NCBI GenBank assembly: GCA_002269645.1
Contig: NIVC01003817.1
Span: forward strand, 1 to 33,718
Length of the DNA: 33,718 bases
Origin: Macrostomum lignano
Lineage: Eukaryota
Reading direction: 5' to 3'
Part shown: piece after piece, positions 1-11,249 of the stretch
Numbering within the stretch: position 1 is the first letter of the stretch
How the letters are laid out: the number at the start of each line of letters is the position of its first letter
Program-made: the position numbers and the translations under genes
Notes under the pieces: model-generated
Seen by the model: only the letters and a program-made list of their open reading frames with translations
What the model was told of the DNA's origin: nothing
The model's database searches: none

Positions 1-1
1 C

Positions 2-250
<249 letters not shown>

Positions 251-1665
251 CACGACTACTGGTTTCATTTACAATTGGAATTATTCATGTTCTATTATTA
301 CGAGCTATAACAATGCGAGCGTACCGATTTTATCAATCATAATACTTTTAGTAGCAATACGTCTAGAAATTTACGAGTGACATTTTCATGAAAGACTGCC
401 TACGATGCATATTTAATATACGCAGATGTAAATAAAATAAATGGAAGGCAGTTTAAGCGCTCCTGGAAGAAACACGTGGCATTTGCAATCAATCGAACCG
501 TTATTTGGCGAGCGCATCTTGTTGTTGTCGTGCATGACGTAGGGAATGTCGTTCCGGTCTGTGATGCGATCCAGGTTGTGCATGTGCACGTCCTTGAAGA
601 ACTTGCCCAGTCAAGCTTCGGCAACATTCAAACCCCGATGGGGTTGCACAACGCGGTTGAGCCTTATGGTTCAACCCTTGTAGCCCGTGGTGCTGGTTCT
701 GAAGCTGTTGTCTGGGAAGTCGCGCGTGGGCGGCTACAGCACGATCCAGCAAAGCCAGCAGACCGGCAAATTCAAAGACGTCTAGAACAGGTCCCTCAGC
801 TAGCTGCAGCATGCAGAACAAGAAGAATGGGTGCCTGGCTCCGATATCATGAAGGCGGGGTTCCGGCACTGAACATCAAAACAAGAACATGGCATGGGTC
901 TCAGTAGTTGTCAGCTGGGTAACTGAGAAACGAGTCCAGCAGCCGCAACAGCTATAGTAGTCTTGCTCAGACTCTTCCAAACCTTAACTGGTCCTTAACT
1001 AGTCAAGACATACCGGTATAATGAGTCAAGCAGCTACTACGACAGTATGAGCTGTTCTCAGGCTTAAGCTAGCTATTGGTAAAGAGCAAATCCGAATGCC
1101 CTTACGGTTTTATGGTCTCAACAGCAGGTTCTAGCTAATCAGGTAGTTTTGTCTGGACCCAGGGCTTTTCTATTGGAGCCGATTCTCGAGCAGCCCCAAA
1201 CAGCACATGCACACTCGATGTACATGTTCGTACAACTCAGTGACAAGCTGGATTCAACGCCATTTGGAATGAGGCAAGCAGATCTTCAACCAGAAAATGG
1301 TTCCGTCACGATTGATGGCATCAAAGGCGTATTTTTGGTAGAAATTGTGGCATACTGCTGGTGATCGGCGATCGGTCCTCTTCATCCCCAGCATCTTCTG
1401 TGCTGGAACTTACTTCTTCAAGCCGCTGCAAGCCGCTGTCTTGCTCCTATAGTTCACACTTGTCACTTGTCTGACAAAAGACTGAATTTGGAACTGCAAA
1501 GATCAAATTAGCTGCTACTTCCAGGCTCTGGCGGCTTGACGTCCTAGGCTGATCCTTTCTACTTTTGGAGTACTTTGACAGAGTGGCGTCTTTTGAGTTG
1601 GTCCCTGCCTTGCGAACCACAAGTCAGAGTAGGAAAGGAATTTTCGACATAAACATTAACACGTG

Positions 1666-1706
1666 AACGCAAACGCGTTTCGTCTATATAACTATGACGT
1701 CTTTAG
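1666..1706 (-). ncRNA. Degenerate hammerhead-ribozyme-like motif at the 3' end of the Penelope relic
   Basis: Minus strand reads CTAAAGA-C-GTC-atagttatata-GAC-GAAA-CGCGTTT. This is a CUGANGA core with one G>A change, a 3-bp stem II and GAAA, followed by the palindrome AAACGCGTTT. Helix I could not be identified. Confidence 0.5.
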
Positions 1707-2091
1707 GGCAGGTAACTTTTTATTCAATCAACCAAATAAATATGCATGTGTAATGAGAACAATAATGATAAAAAATGAAAATTTGAAGAATAATCGATGA
1801 GAAGCACAAGGTACTGCCCCAACATCCTAAACATAGGTCAGGGGCAGTCTGATCAATAAAACAAACAAATAACAACAACAGACTAAAGGTAAACCGTGCC
1901 TATCTCAGAACACTCTAAGCTCCAATTGCCAGTTATTACGAGTAGATTAGGTTTGTTAGTTTCAAGAATTTTAAGTTTAAAGCCGGTTCACATTACCACA
2001 AGTAGCTTCGCGAGCCAAAGGTTACTCAAACTAGTTTTAAAAAGAGTATGAACCAACGGTACATTGGTTTGAGCAAGATTTGACCCCGCAG

Positions 2092-2162
2092 AGCTGCTGG
2101 AGGGAATTCGAACCGGCCTCAACTGTCAATACAACAACTATCGATCTCCTTAGCCAGCGGCA
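2092..2162 (-). mobile_element. tRNA-derived (SINE-like) fragment inside the Penelope relic
   Basis: Minus strand: A-box-like TGGCTAAGGAG (2156-2146) and B-box GGTTCGAATTCC (2114-2103) at tRNA-like spacing. GCCGCTG/CAGCAGC pair at 6 of 7 positions like an acceptor stem. The T-stem is poor, so it is not a functional tRNA. Confidence 0.4.
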
Positions 2163-3143
2163 TCTGTTCATTCTCCTGCACATCAAAAAAATGATTTTGA
2201 ATGGCAGAATCTGAGCTAGTGCTGTCTAACCCTAGTGTGCAGATGACGGTTATTTTTCCCGTATAGGAAATACTCTGATCAACGGAACTGATAAGCAACA
2301 CCAGCCTTGAGGGTAAGAGGCGCAATGGATTCTAGTCAACTCACATAACGACCAATCTTGTCAGTGCGAAAGAGAGGGTCATCCTTTTAAGAGTTAGACC
2401 TCTTGCACAGCTTAGATGAATTCATTTTTCCGTGACAAAACCATGGGCCATGCGATTGGTGAAACCAGCCATTAGATCTGAGAAATTCGGTCAGAGTAAG
2501 CTCGTGAAACGATCGCCCAAGAGCAACACACCTCATGCAGAAATATGCAGAAGGCATCTGACCAGACCGCTTTTCCAATTAAACGGGCATAACGCACCAC
2601 AGTTCAGCATCAGCCCTGTGAAGGTACGCTTACGATACATCGTAGTATTAGCAAGCTTCCAGTACATGCAGTCACCTGTGTCAAGAAAGGGAAGTTTCTT
2701 GTCTCCTCTGCACAGTATATAAATTTAATGCTAGGGTGAATGGAGTTGATGACTTTGAAAGAATTCTAATGATCTTTAGCATTGTCAAAAATCTCGAACA
2801 TTTTGTCAACATACGGCCTATAAAAGCTTGAAGCACAAGGCAAATTAATCCAGTTTGGTGGACGGACCCGATGTATCATCCTGTTCCTACATCCGATTCT
2901 GCTGATGCATTAGCACAGCGGTAAAAGCTACATGGGTTGGCTAAAAACTTCTGCTTTTAGTCGGTTGAGTACTGAGCTGGTCACTAACAAGCTCGTGGAT
3001 GATAAAAGCTTTCCACCACTTCACTGCGGCCCATCGCTCTCTCCCTTATCCAGAGGCAAGGAAAGCAAACTGAAGGCAAAGTGCAAGTCCTGTGCTAAAT
3101 AAACCTGCGCTAATCGGTCACTGCAAATTCTCATCTCATAGCA

Positions 3144-3913
3144 ATGAACTCGCGCTATCCAGCCGCTGCGCTCCTCCTGCTGATGCTCTCCCAGGCCCAG
3201 TGGGCGAAGGTGACTCGCCAGCTGACCTTCCGCTACCTTGGCTGCTTCTTTGAGGGCTCCCCGACCCGCGACCTGCTGGGCCTAAGAGGCCTGGACCAGC
3301 TGGGGCCTTTACCCGGTGACGAGGCTTGACGAAGGCCTGACTTCCATCACTGGCATGACGCTGGAGATGTGCAGCCAGCTGTGCGCTCTGGGAGGCTTCA
3401 CCTACTTTGGCGTCCAGTATGGCACCATCTGCTCCTGCGACTTCTCGTACGGCTCATCTGGCCCTGCTCCAGAGGCAGACTGTTCGATGGGGTGCGACGG
3501 AAACACCTCCCAGAAGTGCGGAAATGGGTTCAGGATCTCCATGTACGAGATTCGCTACCAAGGTGAGCGATGGCTGGCAATTGTTCATTAGCATACGTAC
3601 TTAAGTACACCTATCTATTTATAATTCTATACCTATAACTGTCTGTTGAAACGCTTTTGTAGTTGAAGATATTTTTGAAACAGTCGCCGTCGCCTCAACG
3701 CAGCTGGTGAAAGTGAATCTCAGATACTCCGTGAAAACTCAAACTGCTGGTGCATCGAGATTTCTTATTGGCTGCCTGATGGAGTGTCGGGCCGCGGCCA
3801 GCGGTTGCCAGGCCGCGTTCTTTACTGCCGACAGCCGCTGCTACCTGCTGCGGTTTGCCGCGACGCCTGCGTCAGTGGCCGCGCTGCCGGGCGAGCTGTG
3901 GATCCGGGCCTGA
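3144..3913 (+). CDS. Secreted WSC-domain protein with C-terminal PAN/apple-like Cys motif (about 215 aa; apparent 1-nt insertion near 3302-3305)
   Basis: Exons 3144-3562 and 3684-3913 (GT at 3563, AG at 3682-3683, phase 1). It has a signal-peptide-like N-terminus and a WSC pattern YLGCF..RDL..MTLEMCSQLC..FTYFGVQYGTICSC..C..CDGNTSQKCG. The tail reads CLMEC..C.A.FF..CYL. The frame is restored by removing one G from the GGGG run. Confidence 0.8.
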
Positions 3914-6121
3914 GAGACCTCTGAGAGAGGGTGGAAAACGGTGACGCCGATTCATGAAAATAATTTAATGCCTTGCTGAATTATATAATCCACCCCTGCC
4001 TGCCTGCCTGCCTGCCTATTATTAAGAAATGTATTAAAAATTCTGAAAACAACTTTTAAGCCTTTATATCAAATAAATATATGCCACAATCCATCGGCAA
4101 GTTAAGACTGAGTGATTTTTAAAGAGAACGTTTGCTGAATGAAGCACACAATTAGCCCAGCATAGAAATTGAAACACGCATTTGTTTCAAGACTTTTAAC
4201 CGTACATTTTTATGTTTACTGGATGTTTGCAACATATGTTTTCTCGCCTAATTGCAGAGTTTACCGTCTTAGGAGGTTGAATTGTCTCAGCCGTTGCATT
4301 AGAATTCTTATTTTGGGCGTCCGAGAGCATTCTGGAACGGTACAGATGGGCAATGGCAGGATATCTGTCATCAGCGTCTGAAATAATGCAATTGCATTTA
4401 AATAATATATATATTTCTAGTATACATCTGGAGCAACTGGTGATTTGGTTAAAGCATGGCACTAATTTTGTATTTTAGATATAGAGGAGATACCATTCTG
4501 CCTGCCTGCCCAGCTCCATCCCCTCTCCTTTTATCAGTGCTATAACATTCTGTATCTGTTCTTACGCATTGGTGCAACAAAAGCAAACAGCGACGAAAAA
4601 AGACGCAGTCCTATGAAAACGATGGTCCGTCAAGGGGAGACATGTTTGATGAAACTCATCAGGGGATTATTTTCAAAGTATTGTAGATGTACGCATGTAT
4701 GTAGTTGTGCAACTGTTATAAACCTATCAGAGACAATGCACTTGTTGCCAAATTTCCATCTGAAGTTTCCCTCGTCATGGCATCCGCAGTTTAAATTAAC
4801 ATCAATCAAACTGTTTGCAACAAAAACCGTCTATAGAAGGCATGCAAAATTCAGTAACTTCTCGGAATTTTCTAACGGCTTTTTAAAAACTGAGTAATTT
4901 GAACTTAACGCAATAGAAAAGAAAATTGAATTCTTTCACCGTGCCGATTCTCGCCCCAACGGCCCAGCCCAACATTGCTTGCGCCACATGCCCACATTGC
5001 CACATAGGCTACATGCATAATGTATACAACTGTAACGAGCAAGTCAAATACTTTTTAATTTAATAGAACATATTTTATCAAATTTCGTAGGCCATTGCAG
5101 GGTAGAAAAGTCAGGACAAAAGCAAAAAAGGCTTGGAAGGATGGTGCGCACTTATATTTGTAGTTCAAGTAGGCCTAGTTCAACCATAAATGTTATGGCG
5201 TAACTAACTAGCATGATTTGGCTAGGCTGGTCAGGGCAGAAGACAAACAACCCCTGCCAATTAGCCACGAGAACTCTTTGGCAAGCAAGTCATGTACGCA
5301 ACAGGCCTATTTCCTATAAAAGCCATGCTAAGCAAAATGCTAGGTGTCTAGGCTAACTGGCACTGGCAGTAGGCCTAGTCCAAAGATAATGTTATAGTAG
5401 GCCTATAGGCCAAAATAGAGCCTTTTGGGATCAAGATTAGGACCACTGTTCATTTTTAAGGATTGTAACCTATGCTATGCTAGGCTTATAGTACAATGCC
5501 TAGGCCTAATAATAATAAAGTAATAACTAGGGTTACTAGGCCTATTTTTAATAAAAGCTTATATAGACTAAGTCTAAATATTATTAACTAATAATGGCCT
5601 CATTATATATTAAATTTATAGATGAATGAGCTTTTTAATTACTTTACGCTACATGGCTAAATTGAATGTCTTATATTTTTCATTATTAAGCCTAGATCCT
5701 AGCCTGTAAGCTAGGCCAATACTATTAAGAATCCAAAGCCACCTTGTAAATTTATAATCATTATATTATATACCAAAGAATATTTTATGTTTTTTAAGAT
5801 GCTTAGCATTTTTTAATATAAATGGTAAATACCAAATACCATTTTGTAAATACCAAAATAAATTGACTTAATTAAGTATATATATGCAATCTTCTTAATT
5901 TTATCTGACAAGTTTAACATAGTTTTCTGTAAAATGTGGTATAATTATATATAGAGAGCCTTTATTGTAAAATAACTGCTTTATATGCAATTAAAGTATT
6001 GCTTTTTGGTTATAACTAAGATGGCAGTACCTACTACCAAGAGCCTAGGCAGCTATGATTGTTTATTTTTAGTACTTTTATAATCACTTCTGCTTGTGCA
6101 ATTTCAGCACAACAAATTGCT

Positions 6122-9100
6122 ATGCTGTGCAAAAACTTTCTTGAAGTCCTCCAGGAGTTTTTGAGTGGCGAAGTGAGTCATTGTTAATTGGCTTATTAAT
6201 GTGTGACTGATTTACCAATCAGCTGGCTAGCAGGCTAAAGTGACCGCCCATTCCCACTTCAGAGAGTTCTGGTCTTTGTCAGCCTCGACCCGGAAGGCAT
6301 TTGCGCTTGGAAAATCTTGCAGGTAAACTCGTTTCCGAACTCTTTTGTTGCAAGGCTGAGCAATTTTTTATAGCTGGCAGTCATTGAAGCCCACCATCCC
6401 GAACTGCAGAGCCTGTTCAAGTGCCAGCACACCATGTACACCCTGCTGCCCGTGGCCAACTATCTGGATGTCAAAGACAGTTTCCGCGACAACTGCGAAG
6501 GCGTAAGCGCTCCTTATTTTGGTGGAACAGATGATCCGAACTGCTGTAGCACCGTTGCAAATGTGACATTTCAGACCCAAATGGCAAACAGCTTTTTCAT
6601 TTTGCAACTATGTTTTCGACTAAGGCACACAGACGGTACAGACCCAATCTTCCGAGTTGTTCAGGTGGAATCCTCCTTCGCCAGAGTTCCACCGCTGCAC
6701 ACTAAAGGCCAGAGCGAGCCTCCCACCCGCAGGTCTCATTCGGAGTGCTGGTGAACTGCGGCGCCACCATCGACATCTGGGAGACGCTGCAGCCTCCGGC
6801 AGACTTTCAATTCTACGTTATCGACTCGCACCGGCCCTTCCACATTAGCAACTTCTACAACCAGCAGCAGGTGCACCTGCTGGTCAGCGAGGCCGAAGAG
6901 GTCACCGTTCCTGCCTACGGTGTCGTCTTCCGCGACTCCGATGTGAGTGCGCAGTGCCTTGAATAGAAAACTAACCCTGTTCTGTGACACTTTTCTGTGG
7001 GTCTGCTGCTCCAATTCCTGCCATTCATCTTAATCTCTTGCAATTCACCTGAATCTCCTGCCATTCACCTGAATCTCCTGCCATTCACCTGAATCTCCTG
7101 CCATTCATCTGAGTCTCCTGCCATTCAGCTGAGTCTCCTGCCATTCATCTGAGTCTCCTGCCATTCACCTGAGTCTCCTGCCATTCACCTGAGTCTCCTG
7201 CCATTCACCTGAGTCTCCTGCCATTCACCTGAGTCTCCTGCCATTTATCTGAGTCTCCTGCCATTCACCTGAATCTCCTGCCATTCACCTGAGTCTCCTG
7301 CCATTTATCTGAGTCTCCTGCCATTCACCTGAATCTCCTGCCATTCACCTGAATCTCCTGCCATTCATCTGAGTCTCCTGCCATTCAGCTGAGTCTCCTG
7401 CCATTCATCTGAGTCTCCTGCCATTCACCTGAATCTCCTGCCATTCACCTGAGTCTCCTGCCATTCACCTGAGTCTCCTGCCATTCACCTGAGTCTCCTG
7501 CCATTTATCTGAGTCTCCTGCCATTCACCTGAATCTCCTGCCATTCACCTGAGTCTCCTGCCATTTATCTGAGTCTCCTGCCATTCACCTGAATCTCCTG
7601 CCATTCACCTGAGTCTCCCACACGCACCAACCGATTCCATTTACCTGAGCCTAACCATAAGCACTAACCCTGCCTCTCGCCGCTAGGACGAGAACTCGGA
7701 CGCGGAAGATGCGGACGAAGACGCCGACCCGGACGCCGCTACGGCCGCCCTGAGCGCCGCTGAACGTCGGCGCGCCCGCCGCGAGTGGCGCAGCCGCAGG
7801 GAGCGGGCGCTGCTGGAGCACGAGCAGTTCACCTACCACGGCCCGACCTCCAGCCTGCTGCTGCTCGAGCAGGCCTTCCGCACCTCCCGGCCCAGCCTCT
7901 CGGCTCTGTGGTGCGCCATCGTTGGCCACACCTGGCAGCTGTTGAGCGGCCGCTTAGACTGGGACGCCTACTTTGAGGCCGTCTGCGGCCTGCAGGCCCA
8001 CGTGACCAGCTGGCGAAACGCCTCCTCAGCGGCCTCCGCCTCCGCTACTACCCTGGAATCGCAGCTGCAGGTGGGGGCTGCTGATGAACTGAGGAGCTCA
8101 GATTTCTATGACCCAACCTTGTGAGCAGCTTCAGGGCGGCCTTGACCTTAACTGACCCAAACCGCCACCCCACCGCCAGGAGACCATCTCCTCCCCTGCC
8201 GAGCTTCAGTTCAGCCGCTGCTTGAACCTGTGGCTGCTGCGGCACTGGAGCCTGGAGGACTGCATGCGCTGCAGCCCGCACACCGCCTGCGCCCTGCAGC
8301 TGTTCGGCTCCCGCGGCCGCCAGCGGCTGCTGCAGTTCCTCGCTGATGCCGGCATCGCCCAGAGAGAGGCCCGGCAGCCGTTCGACTGCATGTCCCTGCA
8401 GCTGCAGAACGGGCTGGAGAACTCCTTCAGCCGGCTGGCGGGTGAGCGGCGCTGGGACCCGGGCAGAATATTTGGCCGGTGTTGTCAGATTGCAGGATCA
8501 TTTGAATGACGTAGGAGCCATCTAAATTTCCCAGAGGACCCTATGAGGAACCAGGGTTCTCAGTTGACTCTTTAAGGTATCGAGGTTTGCAGGCACCCTT
8601 TGAGCTATTGGTGATCGCAGACCCACAGCAGTCAATGCGCCAACCCTCCCCCCCAGGCAAGTTCAAGCTGGACCCGGAGCGCCTCTTCCTGCCCACATTC
8701 ACTGCCAAGGCGGCCTTCCGGCCAGCCCTGGTGGCCACTGACTGCGCTCTGCTGTGCGCCTGCCACCTGACCCGGGGCGACTTCTGCGCCGCCATCGACT
8801 GCGTCACCATTGAGTGCAGCGAGGGCGTCTGCCGGGACCTCGGCCTGGTGCGCGACTGGCTGAGCGGACAGGTGGGTGACGGAGTTAAGGATTGGGTTGG
8901 GTCAACGGGTCACGGGTAAGGGACTGGGGTTGGGTCAATGGTTCACGGGTCAGGGACTGGGGTTGGGTCAATGGGTCACGGGTCAGGGACTGGGGTTGGG
9001 TCAATGAGTCACGGGTCAAGGACTGGGGTTGGGTCAATGGGTCACGGGTCAGGGACTGGGGTTGGGTCAATGGGTCACGGGTCAGGGACTGGGGTTGGGT

Positions 9101-9897
9101 CAATGGGTCACGGGTCAGGGTCTGGGGTTGGGTCAATGGGTCACGGGTCAGGGACTGGGGTTTGGGTCAATGAGTCACGGGTCAAGGACTGGGGTTGGGT
9201 CAATGGGTCACGGGTCAGGGACTGGGGTTGGGTCAATGGGTCACGGGTCAGGGACTGGGGTTGGGTCAATGGGTCACGGGTCAGGGACTGGGGTTGGGTC
9301 AATGAGTCACGGGTCAAGGACTGGGGTTGGGTCAATAAGTCACGGGTCAGGGAATGGAGTTGGGTCAATGGGTCACGGGTCAGGGACTGGGGTTGGGTCA
9401 ATGGGTCACGGGAATTTCTCTCCCAGTTCCTGCGAGTTCCGCACAGCAGCCGGACTTAAGTCGGTCTCTGCCGATTGCCCGCCTCCCCAGACCGAGCAGG
9501 TGCAGGCGCTGCTGGACCAGGGCTCGGTGGTGAACCTCGGCCCCTTCCTGTTCGTGTCGCTGCCCGAGCAGGCGGGCCCGGCTGCGCTGCACCTGCTGGC
9601 CAGCCTGGCGCAGCGGGGCTTCGTCAGCCTCGGCAAGATGCGGCGGGCCGGCCAGCTGCCCCTGCTGGCCACCTGCCAGCTGCCGGGGTCCGGCGTGGCC
9701 CCGAGTTCAGCACCGTCTTCCTCGGCCTGCCGCCCGTGGGTGCCGAGGACTGCCGCAACGTGTTCCGCGCCGCCATGCTGGAGGCCGCCCGTGGCTGCCG
9801 GGCCCTCGGCGAGGCCGAGTTCGACGGGCACGCTGTGCGGCTGCACCGCGAGGACGCCAGGAAGTTCTGCGACGCGCTAGTGAACATCATGTCGTGA
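6122..9897 (+). CDS. CDC45: DNA replication initiation factor CDC45 (CMG helicase subunit), 8 exons, about 550 aa; apparent 1-nt deletion at GGGG 9685-9688
   Basis: Exons 6122-6172, 6263-6322, 6410-6502, 6733-6942, 7687-8070, 8210-8441, 8657-8871 and 9491-9897, all GT-AG and phase-compatible. Motifs are colinear with CDC45: RVLVFV..CAWKILQSLFKC, LVNCGATID..LQP, VIDSHRP, acidic linker, EWR..YHG, LWCAIVG.T, LRHWSL, RLLQFLADAG, GPFLFVSL, LPLL, RNVFRAA, DARKFCDALVNIMS*. Confidence 0.95.
7015..7640. repeat. 20-bp minisatellite (CCATTCACCTGAGTCTCCTG) in CDC45 intron 4
   Basis: About 30 tandem copies read directly. Confidence 0.95.
8890..9410. repeat. 33-bp G-rich minisatellite (GGGTCACGGGTCAGGGACTGGGGTTGGGTCAAT) in CDC45 intron 7
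   Basis: About 15-16 copies; it explains the periodic ORFs between 8885 and 9459. Confidence 0.95.
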
Positions 9898-10670
9898 GCA
9901 TCATGTCCTGAACATAATGTCCTGAGCATCATGTCCTGAGCATCATGTCCTGAACATAACCTCTTCTGAGCATCATGTCCTGAACATCATGTCTCCTGAA
10001 CATCATGTCCTGAACATCATGTCCTGAGCATCATGTCCTGAGCATCATGTCCTGAGCATCATGTCCTGAACATAACCTCTTCTGAGCATCATGTCCTGAA
10101 CATCATGTCCTGAACATCATGTCCTGAGCATCATGTCCTGAGCATCATGTCTCCTGAACATCATGTCCTGAACATCATGTCCTGAACATCATGTCCTGAG
10201 CATCATGTCCTGAACATCATGTCCTGAACATCATGTCCTGAACATCATGTCCTGAGCATCATGTCCTGAACATCATGTCTCCTGAACATCATGTCCTGAA
10301 CATCATGTCCTGAGCATCATGTCCTGAACATCATGTCCTGAACATCATGTCCTGAACATCATGTCTCCTGAACATCATGTCCTGTACATCATGTCCTGAA
10401 CATCATGTCTCCTGAACATCATGTCCTGAACATCATGTCTCCTGAACATCATGTCCTGAGCATCATGTCCTGAACATCATCTTGTCTGAATATTACATCC
10501 TGAGGAATTTAATCATGTCCTGAACATAATTTTCAGAATATCATGTCCTGAACATTATTTCCAAAATATCATGTCCTTAACATTATGTCCTGAGCATCAT
10601 GTACTGAGCATCATCTCTCCTAAACATAAGTCCTGAACATAATCTCTCCTGAACGTCATGTCTTGGACCA
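9881..10670. repeat. 14-bp minisatellite (TGAACATCATGTCC) starting inside the last codons of CDC45
   Basis: More than 50 copies, decaying toward 10670. The first unit is TGAACATCATGTCG at 9881-9894, immediately before the stop. Confidence 0.95.
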
Positions 10671-11249
10671 CCATGCCCCTATTGATGCAATTTAAGGTTA
10701 GCGAATGACTTCAGCAATTTATTCTGTTTGGATTTTCGGTCGCGCATTTTCCTCATAAAAATCGCATGTCGCTCGCTTGTAGAAATTACGGTATTAATTG
10801 CGCTAACTTAATTCGGTCTCAGAGTACTTTTATTAAACTTGATCCGTCGCATTTTATGGCTGCTACTCTCAGTAGCGCTGACGGAGTCTCCCAGTCTGGA
10901 AGCCAATAATTTCGCGCATTTCGATTGCTTTACAATGGAAAATATTTTTATCAAATTTTCGCTCACAAGTTTGCTCAGCTTGCTTAATTGAAGTTGTCCC
11001 CCTGCTGCTCTTGTGGGCTTTTCTGGGGGATCCGTGCTGAGCATCAGAATGGGTAAATAAATATCGTGTGTAATAATAGCCAGCCCAGGCCTTCCTTTCA
11101 GTTGCTTTTATTTTCCTAAAATGTCTCATGACTCTGCTTTCGTTTTTATTCGTTTTTTCATCATCAGCCTCCACTTCTTACAGGACACACCGTTGCTGGC
11201 TGCCGCAACACCCTCACGTCTCCACCCACTGCGCTTTTCACTTCTCCAC

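Larger units (their letters stand above)
1660..2950 (-). mobile_element. Decayed Penelope-like retroelement (RT C-terminal half + GIY-YIG endonuclease + 3' hammerhead-like motif)
   Basis: Manual minus-strand translation, with stops and frameshifts, gives PLE motifs in the expected order. RT: FYRPYVDK (YVDD-like, about 2802-2822) then INSIHPSIKF and LPFLD (across a frameshift). Thumb: TTMYRKRTFTGLMLN..WKSGLVRCLL (about 2550-2645) and TEFLRSNG. GIY-YIG: FRTDKIGRY..PLTLKAGVAYQFR..SYTGK..RHLHTRVRQH (about 2215-2380), then LKILE..KPNL (about 1955-1985). Confidence 0.85.

Noticed and set aside
600-680. In-frame TGA codons as selenocysteine or an alternative genetic code
   Set aside because: Other genes here use TGA as stop and TGG for Trp, no SECIS was recognised, and the frame decays upstream.
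2092-2162. Functional tRNA gene
   Set aside because: T-stem and anticodon arm do not pair; kept only as a SINE-like fragment.
8885-9459. Periodic Gly/Trp-rich ORFs, likewise the repeat ORFs at 12638-12966, 18330-19210, 19952-20891, 25013-25479, 26417-26736 and 31410-31965
   Set aside because: All are translations of minisatellites, mostly lying inside GT-AG introns of recognisable genes.
9670-9710. Programmed ribosomal frameshift in CDC45
   Set aside because: No X XXY YYZ slippery heptamer, and similar homopolymer indels occur in two other genes; error or mutation is simpler.
10695-10812. Short inverted repeat (GTTAGCG(C)AAT) as a MITE
   Set aside because: Only about 11 imperfect bp and no clear TSD.
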